Both the position numbers and the translations under genes were made by a program. A stretch of DNA of 64,000 bases from Octopus vulgaris (taxonomy: Eukaryota): assembly GCA_951406725.2 (NCBI GenBank), contig OX597830.1, positions 61,752,001 through 61,816,000 of the forward strand, given 5' to 3'. Position 1 is the stretch's first letter. Every line of letters starts with the position of its first letter. This document shows, piece after piece, positions 52,939-64,000 of the stretch. The notes under the pieces are model-generated. The model did no database searches, was not told the DNA's origin, and was given only the letters and a program-made list of their open reading frames with translations.

Positions 52939-53346
52939 AGGCACAGGAGTGGCTGTGTGGTAAGTAGCTTGCTTACCAACCACATGGTTCCGGGTTCAGT
53001 CCCACAGCGTGGCATCTTGGGCAAGTGTCTTCTAGTGTAGCCTTGGGCCAACCAAAGCCTTGTGAGTGGGTTTGGTAGACGGAAACTGAAAGAAGCCTGT
53101 CACATATATGTATATATATATGTATGTGTGTGTATGTTTGTGTGTCTGTGTTTGTCCACCTAGCATTGCTTGACAACCGATGCTGGTGTGTTTACATCCC
53201 TGTTACTTAGTGGTTCGGCAAAAGAGACCGATAGAATAAGTACTAGGCATACAAAGAATAAGTCCCAGGGTCGATTTGCTCGACTAAAGGTGGTGCACCA
53301 GCATGGCCGTAGTCAAATGACTGAAACAAGTAAAAGAGTAAAGAGT
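52939..53346 (+). mobile_element. SINE family A
   Basis: Full-length copy. Confidence 0.9.
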
Positions 53347-55934
53347 ATCACTTCAAATACTACTGTCTTCAAGTACTACCAGTTGGCAAACGAATAAATA
53401 TATGTAAATAATGTTTCTTCCTTCTTGGTGTTCATCCTTCGGTATTCATTGGTTACTCCGACGTTGGCACAATGATACACTTGCCCAAACTGAATTGCCG
53501 GAGATATTTCATTTATTCCAGAAAAATGTTTCTAAAAATTTTTGATCATTTCCACCCAGTCAGGAAAGAAGACCTGGAAGCTGCCACTTTGTACAAGACA
53601 AAATAGCACATATTGTCAATATTTGTAAACGTGTTATGCCTGCGGTAATTTTCTTTCACGTAAATAAATATTTATGTTAATTTAAAAGAGAAAAATATGA
53701 ATGTGTCGGTGGCTTACGATTAACTAAAATTACCAAAATTTTCAAACTTTAGTTACTAATAACTCCTTATTTATTAATTTATAGCGAAGATTATTTTCAC
53801 TTCATTAATTAGCCTATAAAAGTGTATCATTACACTGCATATGAAATCAATTCGAAAAGAAAATTGACACAGGCAACCAAACAGAAAAGATCAAAAAAAA
53901 AAAAAAAAACAGTCACAAAAAAGTTGTGAGTACTATCAACTTTCACTGAGTACTATTTTATTAGTAGTAGTAAATTATAGATCTATTTATTATAACTAGC
54001 TGGACCCATGAGGGAGTAAGGAATGCACAATGCTGACTAGAAAGGAAGAAAGGATAAAGGTGCCTCTACTCTGATTGACTGTATTCGAAGGAGTTCATTA
54101 CTGGGGTCCGGAAATCTCATGGAAAAAAATTCATAGCCTGGAACTATGAAGTTGGTTCCAGAAAGCTTTGTACCTCACAGTCACACCTGCACCCCACCCT
54201 TATCCCATCCATCACACACACTCACATAGCTGTATTTTCATTGAATTTGAGTCACTCAAAGTGGGCTACTTTCAAATTTAGACCTCGGTACAAGGGCGAA
54301 AATTTTAAAACACGGATGCAACAATTGATTCCACCGATACAGTCGTTATTATATGTGAAAGTAAGAATATTATGCATGTAAGTAGAAAAATCACCACCAA
54401 TTAGTAAGTCATAAGTAATAGTTTCTGTTTTGGGTACTGTGCAAGAGTATATCAATAGATAAGTAAAATTTGAAAAATATATACTGATAAGAGTAAAAAT
54501 AGTAGAATTAGAAGATAGATTTTCAAAATTCAAACTTTGCTATATTGGAGAAATATAGGACAAGGGAAATAACTCTTTTCTGTTCGGCTATGTACTAACG
54601 TTTGTCAAAATAATTGATTACTTGTCTGGCTATCTTAGTCGTTTATTACCCATAGTACTGGGGGTAAGCATTAATTTACTTGCAAATAGTTGAAGATCGG
54701 CAACAGTAGGTAAATCTGTACGTAAAAATAGACTGACAGTACTAGGCTTAAAATGGTAAGTCCTGGGATCAGTTAGTTCAACTAAAACCCTTCAAGGCAG
54801 TGACCCAGCATGGCTGCAGTCAAATGAATGAAACAAGTAAAAGAAAAGAGATAAAAAGATACAATTCTTACAAGTTCTCAGATTATTAAGTTATCATTTA
54901 GAATGAACGGCAGTCCCACCCTATGAAGTCAGAATTTATCCAAGTTAATAACTTAGAATATTGACACTATAATGAGCATTAGACTTTTATATAACAATCA
55001 ACTACTATGGCAAGTCTGTATTCTAACATTGTTTTAAGGGAATGCTGTTTTCAGTTAAATTGCATTCATAAGTTTTTTGTGATGTATGAAGTTTATGTAA
55101 GAATGGAAACAAATACTGAGAAGTTGTATTTAATTTTTTTATTCAAACAGCTTGCATAAAACAATTTTTATAATTCCAGAACTGTAATACAATTAACTTT
55201 GTGAGAATAGCCTTAGAAGTTTTTCCTTTAACATTTTTATTCCTTCATTGAAGACTTCCATTTCTTAGGTTTGAATCTAATCTTTGAATAAAAGAATTCT
55301 GCAATTTTTTAGTTTTACTTACCTACCATAATCAAACTCTGCTTTTGACAAAGGTCAAGACCCAAGAGAAATAATAATAATAATAAATTCCTGAAAATAG
55401 TTAAGTGGGTGCCAAAAGTGCAAGAAATCTGATGAAATTTCTCAAATATCAAAAGCTATCACACTACTTTACAACGCAACAACATCTACAGCTGAAACAA
55501 ACCAGCTAAGCACCATTGAAACCAGTGATAGTGCACAAATTATGGAGGCCCTTCCCATCAATTTCCCCCCCTCTGCTGATACTTTTGAAACAGAGCAAAT
55601 AAACCCAGAAACAAATTCAGAATTGGTAAACAAGACTTATAGTGACCTTGCAAACTAGTTCGTCACAGTCGATATTTCATACAGAAGGGATTAATGGAAA
55701 ATATTAAGAAGAAAAACAGACGATTCCTATATACCAAGACTAGTCGTGTTTGCAAGGAGCAAAACATACTTTTCTTGAAGGTATTTTGAAAGCAGATTGA
55801 AAATGACCAGACTTGGATGAAATCCTGATTAGTTTACTCAACGAACAAAGACTACATATGTATTGTGCTTGCAAATTCTTTTCTAAATGCCTCATTTTCT
55901 GACTGAATGAGCATATTCAGAACTTTGAAGAATC

Positions 55935-56366
55935 ATAAGAGACGTGCAACCAAACGCATACCCTCCATCAGACACCTACCATATTCTGAGCGCCTTGTTT
56001 CCCTGGGCATGGATTCACTGAAGCTCCGGCATCTGGCGACAGACTTGGTAAACGCCCACAAAGTTGTCAACCACCTCACCAATAACAACACTGAACACCT
56101 TTTTGATTTCCATGTGTCTAACACACATGGACATGCCTACAAAGTCAGAAAACAACACAGCTCCCATGACTTTCGGAAACATTTCTTCACACTCAGAGAT
56201 GCTGAAGCATGGAATAAACTGCCTGCGTCAGTTGTTGACTGCCATGACACTGCATCCTTTAAGGCCCTCATGCTTTCCGAAATCCGTCGAAACTACACCT
56301 GATTATATATGCACTTTAGATGAGTTGTAGTGCACCTGAGCACTGTACACAATTATTATTATTATA
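55935..56366 (+). mobile_element. 3' end of a CR1/L2-type LINE
   Basis: RRATKRIPSIRHLPYSERLVSLGMDSLKLRHLATDL...FRKHFFTLRDAEAWNKLP, then a (TTA)n tail. Confidence 0.85.
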
Positions 56367-57527
56367 AAGATAGCATTGAACATAAATGGGTGATGCTGTA
56401 TTGAAAAACAAGAAGGAAACCACACTGTGCAAGGAGTTTTAGTTGTTTAAGGGAAAGAAATTTTGCATTTAGAGGTCATGAGGAGGAATGGGGCTCACTA
56501 AATAAGGGAAACTTTATGAAGTTCATTGAACTTTTTACTGAGTTTCACCTGTTTTTACAGAAACATTTTGAGGAATGCAAGAATGAAAAGTAAATATTTC
56601 TCATCTCTCCAAAACTTTATGAAGAAGTGATAGATTTTTCTCTGGAGAGACCAATTGTAGCTGTGTAACAAGATGGTTTGTATACTATGAAGAAATCAGG
56701 ACAATTAAAATGGGAAAACAGGTATTTTTCAAACTCTCAAACATATTTTTGAAAAGAGATACAAAGAATTTATACTACAAATTGGTGAAGTTTGAATACA
56801 CAATTTTAAACAGTTATTTAGGAAGATGCGTTGGCTTGCTTCAGCAAAACAATTAAGAAACTCCCAATTCTTGGTTTCAATGTATTTGAAGTTTATCTTC
56901 CGCTATCGTCTTTACTTTTAAGGAACTCCAAGAAAATTCAGCCAACAGTATTGCACACTGGACTAAATGCTTAGTTTGTATAAAGTTTGTATAAATATAC
57001 CACTGCAAGTTATTCTGATGCTTTTAAATGCATTGTTACCATAAAATTTCCAAATGGAACAAGTGATAGTGCTTCTTTGAATAGATATGAGAAATTTAAA
57101 ATAGAATCTCTAAATCACCTCTTTAACTTCTTAACAATCAAATTACGTAAGAGGATTAACTTTGCAGATTGCAAAGTTCAAGTTCCTCTCAGAATTGGTA
57201 AACAATTCTGTAATTGATGAGGATTGAATTAAACTTCTGTCATATTACAAATATGATATTAACAATAAATTAGCAAATGAGTGTCATCAGTTCAGGGAAT
57301 ATTTGCATCTTAGAAAATCTCATAACACACAAGAAAACATGCCATCCAAAATGCAATGCACAGAAACTTTACAGTTTATTTATGAGCAACACCATCTTGA
57401 AATGTTCCCTAATATTACTACTTCACTTCTTCACAAAAATGCCTATCAAAAGTTGTGAAGCAGAAAGGAATTTTTCAAAGCTATCCTTTATAGAGAATAA
57501 ATTTTGGTATATCATGGCTGAAGAGCA

Positions 57528-60079
57528 TGTAGCAAGACACGTTAGCACTATTTTGTTGTGGTAGCATAGCACAATCATGCTACGCCCAAAACACCCAATC
57601 ACTGCTGGGCACAGAAGAATACACTTGACCCAGTGGTAAAGCGCAAGTTTTGAAAGGCAAAAAACCAGTTCCTGAGAAGACATCAAGATGTAAACACATC
57701 AGTTGTTCATCCAAACGACAAAACATTGCTGAATTAACCAGAAAACAGCATTCATACAACCATGGGATTCCTACCTTGCCTCACGACCACTTCAAAAATC
57801 ATTGGATATTTTAGATTTGCAGCCAAGTACCAGAGCTAACTACCTTGATGTGTATTAAGGAATTAACTTTTGTCTCGCTACACCCTGTTGCCTCGAACGC
57901 TCTGATGTTCCTGCTACTTCATGTCTGATCAAAGAATAAATTGTTATGTTTGTTAACCAAAAACATTGCCTTCTGATATTTATTGTTACCTTCACGTAAA
58001 ACATACATTTATACATTTCAAACCTTCTTATATGCACACATCTAAATATACTTCCTAAAGTGGTAAGCCTAACTATTTGATTTTCCTCTTGTTATATTGG
58101 TGACCTGATATTATTCCCTGAAAAAAATAAGTAACAAGAAAAACAACAAACCCAAAGAAAAGAAAAACAGGCTTTGAAGCACTTGCTCTTTCTTTTAGGC
58201 AACCACATGTGTGAATTTTCTTTCATTTTCAACATGGCAGCTGACCTTCTTCTCCAAAGCATGACCATGTGGTGCTTCACGCATGTACACTGGTGCCACA
58301 TGTATATGGCTTGCCTCATTTTCGCCTGGATTTTGCCTGCTCGCTGCCATTGCTAAAAATAAAAATTAAAAATATTTCTTGATTCTGTTTCATTATAGAT
58401 TTGTTTTATACAAAGATGGATGGAAAATACAAGTCACTGAAGATTTTCTTGGAAGACTTTGCTCACCTGTTTTTACCATACAGACTTTAATTCTCAGCCA
58501 TGAGTCACTCACCGTTACCAGCGTTTAGTGGGGATGTTTGACTTGATGTGCCCAGGTGGACTTGTATGCCATGGCGAATGACATTATGTCCAAGCTGTGA
58601 CAGCTGCATATTCTCTTGACCTCCGTCCCTCCTTCCCTGGTAAATCATCTCAAGGATCTCATCACTAACACCCCAAAAGATGCCACTTATTTAACCATCA
58701 AGACTGAGATTATTTGCAGGACACCTCTCTCTGCAGGCAAGCATTTTCACACATTGGTACACGATGAATATTTGGGTAACAGGACACCGACTCAACTTCA
58801 GGGACGCAGTGAGAAGTCCTCTCCCCACCCACCTTACTCAGGACGTTATCATTTGTTGCCATACCATGATAAACATTTCACCATAGACCTGAATGGTTCC
58901 TGAGAAACAGTCTCAGTCGATAGACTTAAATGGGCGTACACAGATGCTCTCACACTAGAGCCTCATACTCACCTCTCATACACTGTACAACAGGAAACAA
59001 ATACTGTACCATTCTACTCACCACAAACTCAGTTACACGCACCTTCCTCACCCCCACCAACATACATCACAACAACCTGCAGTGGTCGTCGTGTCCCTTG
59101 GCCTAAGAAACTATGTAAAACTGTTTTTATATGAACCTATCATATTGTAATTTTTCCTACTTAATGCATTTATGCTGTTTTACTTTTTGTGTATACGTAG
59201 GAGTGGCTGTGTGGTAAGTAGCTTGCTTACCAACCACATAGTTCCAGGTTCAGTCCCACTGCTGTGTGGCATCTTGGGCAAGTGTCTTCTGCTATAGCCC
59301 CGGGCCGACCAATGCCTTGTGAGTGGATTTGGTAGACGGAAACTGAAAGAAGCCTGTCATATATATGTATATATATATATATATATATGTATGAGTGTGT
59401 ATATGTTTGTGTGTCTGTGTTTGTCCCCCTAGCATTGCTTGACAACCGATGCTGGTGTGTTTACGTCCCCATCACTTAGTGGTTCGGCAAAAGAGACCAA
59501 TAGAATAAGTACTAGGCTTACAAAGAATAAGTACCGGGGTCGATTTGCTCGACTAAAGGCGGTGCTCCAGCAAGGCCGCAGTCAAATCACTGAAACAAGT
59601 AAAAGAGTAGAGTAAGAGCATGTTTACCTTGCCTTTGCATTCATGTAATTTTGACATGTTACCTGTTATCTATGTATATATTTTTTGTGAACACTGTATA
59701 TTATTTGTAAAAATTCTTCCATGTTCAAACACACACTTTTCACAATTTTGTACGTCGTCTTTATTTTGTTGGCCCTGAGAATTATATTTGGGTTTACATT
59801 TATTTTGCAATGACTTTCAGACTGCAGGAGGGTATCTGAAGCAAGACATGTTTGCACTATTTTGTGGTAGCATAACACAGTCGTGCTATGCCTACATCCA
59901 AAACATCTCATCACTGCTGGATACATGTGACCCAGCGGTGAAGTGCATGTTTTGAAAGGCAAAAACCAGTTCCCAAGAAGACCTCGAGATGTAAACGCAC
60001 CAATTGTTCGTCCAAACAACAAAACGTTGCTGAATTCCTAAAGTGTTAAACCTAACTCTTTGATTTGCCTCTCGTTACA
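57528..60079 (+). mobile_element. Internally deleted Ty3/gypsy-type LTR retrotransposon
   Basis: 5' LTR 57528-58096 (TG...TA) and 3' LTR 59837-60079 (TG...CA, internally shorter); 4-bp TSD AGCA; PBS-like TGGTGACC at 58098; purine tract before the 3' LTR; gag relic LGNRTPTQL and integrase-end relic DKHFTIDLNGS*ETVSVDRLK. Confidence 0.88.
59197..59618 (+). mobile_element. SINE family A nested in the LTR element
   Basis: Full-length copy. Confidence 0.9.
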
Positions 60080-60689
60080 AGCACTTAAATCCATCATTCA
60101 TATTGTCTCCAGAAAATTATAAAGCAAGAAGCTCTCATATCGTAAAATTTTGTGCAAACAGAAAAAAGTATTTTCTATGTGCTTCACATAGTATGTATTC
60201 CTGTAAGTTTTTAAGTGAAAGATTATATTAACTCTGACCTTTGCTATGTTTCATTTCATCAGCCTGCAGCACATGAAGCTTCTACATAAATAATCCCTAA
60301 ATTTCATTACTTATAACTAAAAAAAACTATAAGATAATGGAAATTTTTATTCATACCAGTTACTTTAATGTGTGAGATAATCTAGTATAGCATTCAGAGA
60401 TGTAGTAAAAATTTATTTTAAAATTTGAAGTGATCTGTCATGGAACAAACACACTGAAAAGGATAACAACAGTTACCCAGAGCTTGTTGCATGTAAGAAA
60501 GGGCTCACTGCATGACCCCATTTAAAATACTTCATCTGGTCACTCAGTTCTCTGCCCATTGGACTTCATCATCCTTGTACATAAAGCAAGGCCTTTCAGA
60601 TTTTATTGAATAATGTTTACCTATTGTTGTTGGTTGTAAAGAGGCCCCTAACAGTTCAAGTTTGAGGACCCCAAAAATTTAGGTCCTTC

Positions 60690-61330
60690 ATTGAGTTTAT
60701 GAGGGCAGTACAAACCATGTACAAAGAGGCTGTCAGTAAGATAAGAGTTAGCAATAACAGTGATGAACTTAGTATACAAATAGGGTCAACCAGGGACCCA
60801 ACTTGTATGCACCCTATTTATATGCAATTCTCAATCCCCTTCTATTTGTCGTAATCCTTCCAACCATAACAGAGGAGTTTAAGACTAGTTTTTCATGTGA
60901 ATTCTTGTGTGCATATGACCTAACTCTCATAAATGAAGTGTTTCTCACTATTACTACAATACCTAAGAAGAAATCCCAAACTTTGAAGCAAAATCTGAAA
61001 TCAAGAGGACCCAAAGTAAACTTAGCAAATTCTAAGATATCAATAAATAGGAAAGAAGATAGAACTCTAATGTCAGGGAAGCAGTCCTGCACAACATCGA
61101 GAAAAAGAGGTTGTTAGGAATTCCATAGTGTACTAATTGTAAAAGAGTAGCAGTGGAATCATAGACAATTTAATCAAAGAAGCAAACTTTCTAATTGGCA
61201 AATGCAAAAGGGCAATAAACACACAAAAAAACAAAGGAAAGAAATTTTGATAGATTATGATATTTGATCAGCAACGGAAACAGACTTTCAAAAATATAGA
61301 GTAGAAATGAAGAATGCTACACAGAATGAA
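60690..61330 (+). pseudogene. Degenerate RTE-clade RT fragment
   Basis: LNPLLFVVILPTITEEFKT...CAYDL...GPKVNLAN; similar to 50400-50780. Confidence 0.65.
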
Positions 61331-61382
61331 TAATGTCAAAAGATATGAACAACTGACTAAAAACTGGGTACAAGGGCAATTA

Positions 61383-62266
61383 TGAAGAGGTACCCAAAAG
61401 TAACTGGAAACATTCTCTGAGGAGCAAGCTTGTTGTAGTTCAGGTTTCCTCCGCTAGCAGCCACTTGATGTGACCCGTAGGCATCAGTATGCTAACCGAC
61501 ACTTTCAAGTGGTGTTGCACTGCCACGTGGTGCATCTTTGTTTCACAGGGCTTTTCCCCTGTTCATTCATTTTTGAAAAGGCTGAAATGAAGGAACAGTG
61601 TGCTTCTGTGAAATTCTATTTTCTGCTGAGGGAAACAGCAGCTGAAACAGTTGCAATGCTTCAAACAACTTACAAGGATGCTGCCATGGGCGAAACACAG
61701 GTTTATGAGTAGTTTCCACACTTTAGGAATGGTCATTTGTTGCTTGAAGACTAATCTTGTTCAGGACAATTATGAACCTCCTGAACAAATGAAAACATCA
61801 TGAAAATTCATGAACTGGTCTTGGAGGACCATCACTGAAAAATTGACGGACTTGTTGATACGACTGGTATATCCTGGAGCTCCTGCCAACGAATTGTGAG
61901 TGAAAAATTGCGAAATGAAAAGAGTTGTAACAAAATTTTTGTCCCTACCTGTGTACAGAAGATGAAATGCGTGCCATGAATACATGTTGTGAAGTGAAAA
62001 AACAGCTGAAAGTTGATCCAGACCTTTTTTCAAAGGTCACCACTAGTTCTATGGAATTTGCAAAAGTGGAAAAGGTGAAGAAAAAAAAATGACAGAGGTG
62101 TTAAAAAGCAAGAGTTCCAGGACTGCTTCAAATAGAGGAAAACACACCTGGACCAATGCATTGCTTCAAATGGAGAATATTTTGAAGGCAATAAAAGTGT
62201 AAACATGTAAAGCTAAGTGAATAAAATAATATTGCAAAATTCAGGTTTCTTTTGGGTATCACTTCG
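61383..62266 (+). mobile_element. Deleted mariner element
   Basis: Imperfect TIRs (TA-TGAAGAGGTACCCAAAAG / CTTTTGGGTATCACTTCG-TA); MKEQCASVKFYFLLRETAAETVAMLQTTYKDAAMGETQVYE. Confidence 0.8.
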
Positions 62267-62424
62267 TAAATGTAATGTACACTGATATGGGCATATGAAG
62301 ACAATTTTATAGAGAAATACTCAAAGTGAATAGAACTTTGCAATAGGAACTCAAGACAGGGTGAATGGTGAAGAGTTATCTAATGGTAGAGAAAACAAAT
62401 GTGTGTATATGAAAACACGTTTAT

Positions 62425-62760
62425 ATCATCATCATTTTTAACATCCACTTTCCATATTGGCATGTGCTGGATGGTTTGACAGGAGCTGGCGAGGCAGAAG
62501 GCTGCACCAGGCTTCAGTGTCTGTTTCTGCATGGTTTTTATGGCTGGATGCCCTTCCTAGCACCAACCACACCACAGAGTGGACTGAGTGCTTTTTATGT
62601 GGCACCAGCACAGGTGAGGTTAGTTTTGGCATGGTTTTTACAGCTGGATGCCCTTCCAAACACCAACCACTTTACAATGAGGACTAGATGCTTTTCACAT
62701 GGCACCAGCACTGGCAATGTCACCAAGTAACTTGCAAGATAAAGATCCTTTGAGAGGGGA
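62425..62760 (-). mobile_element. RTE-associated short repeat (3' end with (ATG)n tail); relatives near 49620-49765 and 63670-63825
   Basis: Shared CATCGTTTAACGTCC.TTTCCATG...GGCTGGATGCCCTTCCTAA motif in three places. Confidence 0.6.
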
Positions 62761-63249
62761 GGAGGAATTGGAGGAGGCGATCTTGTGTCAGATGATGGAA
62801 AGTTAGAGTGTAACAGAGACAGAAACAGGTGTCTTGCTGTAGAGGAGATACATGGTTACCTGATCAGAGAGAGGTAGTGAGAGTGCAAGAGGGAGCAGGA
62901 AAGAGATGGTTGTGAAGTGCCAGGGCATACACACAAGGAACAGGAGATCAGAATATAAAAGGAATGGTAGAGTAGAACAAGTAAGAGATAGATGGTGGCA
63001 AAGTGCCAGGGCAAACCCTCAAATTTACAGGGAATATAAATAGTAGGGTATTGTCAAAGGTGCATGAGTAGGGAGTAGAGACTTCACATGAATGCAAAGA
63101 GTGTGGGGACAAGGAATGCAGTGCCTGTTGAAACCTGGGTATATAGTGGGGGTGGGGACAACAGGACAGTAATGATACAGTGAGCAGGCCAGTAAGGACA
63201 GGATTAGGGAGCAAGAGATAAGCATGAGGAAGAGACGACATGTAGACTG

Positions 63250-64000
63250 CATTGCATGGAAGATGGCTCACTATGAAAGGCTGCTAAATGCATAGGTGAA
63301 GAAGAGTCTGTCTAATGTGGACCCAACAAAAGGACCAGCCATCTGAATTGACAGTAGTTCAGTAGATAAAGCAATTAAGGATATGAAAACAAGGCAAGCC
63401 CCAGGCCCATCAGGAATCACCACTGAGATGTTTAAAATATCAGTTAGAGTGGGATATGACCTAGTCTCCCATATAGTTAATCAGGTTGTCCTCAAGGGAG
63501 TAATACTCAAAAACTGGTGGTGTATCAGCATTATAGTCAACTGCTACAAAGGTAAAGGTGATGCCTTAGACAGAAACGATTACAATGTCATCAAATTACT
63601 GAACCAGGTAATGAATGTTATAGAAAGGGTTGTAATTAGAAATAGAGTTAGCCTGGACAAGATGCAGTTTGGAGTGGTTGGCATTAGGAAGGGCATCCAG
63701 CCATAGAAACCAAGCCAAAATAGACTGAAGCCTGGTGTAACTCTCCCACTTACCAGTTCCAGTTAAACCATCTAACCCATGCCAGCATAAAAAACAAACA
63801 CTAAATGGTAATGATGATATCATTAAAACCTCAAACTACAAGATAATGCATGACAATTTCAAAACAGTGTGAGTATATAAGCATCACATTTCACAGAGTA
63901 ATCTGAATGCTAAAGGGTTAAGAGAAAAAATTGGGTACAAGAAGCATCAGATGTAGTGTGCAAGAGACTGCGCTGGTATGGTCATGTGATGTGTATGGAT
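63250..64000 (+). pseudogene. RTE-clade LINE RT fragments
   Basis: MKTRQAPGPSGITTEMFK...YKGKGDALDRNDY...MQFG, and RLRWYGHV at the window end. Confidence 0.8.

Larger units (their letters stand above)
55400..60200 (+). pseudogene. Degenerate hAT transposase, interrupted by a LINE fragment and an LTR element
   Basis: FAFRGHEEEWGSLNKGNFMKFIELFTEFH at about 56460 and the dimerisation motif MPIKSCEAERNFSKLSFIENK at about 57440; reading continues after the LTR (EEH|LNPSFILSPEN). Confidence 0.7.

Overview
Eukaryotic, AT-rich and very repeat-dense DNA. The SINE families and a molluscan-type NPF precursor point to a coleoid cephalopod, probably Octopus; this assignment is an inference. Two spliced host genes can be read directly, and the ORF track misses or fragments both. 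One is a neuropeptide F/Y precursor (CDS 30473-30648, 32483-32556, 33760-33764). The other is an 80-aa secreted protein made of a signal peptide plus one chitin-binding CBM14/peritrophin-A domain (CDS 42236-42305, 46918-47090). The rest is mostly mobile DNA: three tRNA-derived SINE families, CR1/L2-type, RTE-type and R4-type LINE relics, a Penelope GIY-YIG fragment, two Helitrons, several mariners, two hAT relics, a deleted gypsy-type LTR element and many microsatellites. The main hidden signal is about ten minimal type-I hammerhead-ribozyme-like motifs from several unrelated repeat families. Most sit in (TA)n-anchored fold-back or tandem units of the Penelope pseudo-LTR/retrozyme kind. One lies in sense orientation inside an NPF intron. 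A relative of it, with compensatory base changes, is carried inside a complete non-autonomous Helitron. All coordinates were read by eye; the ends of degenerate repeats are approximate.
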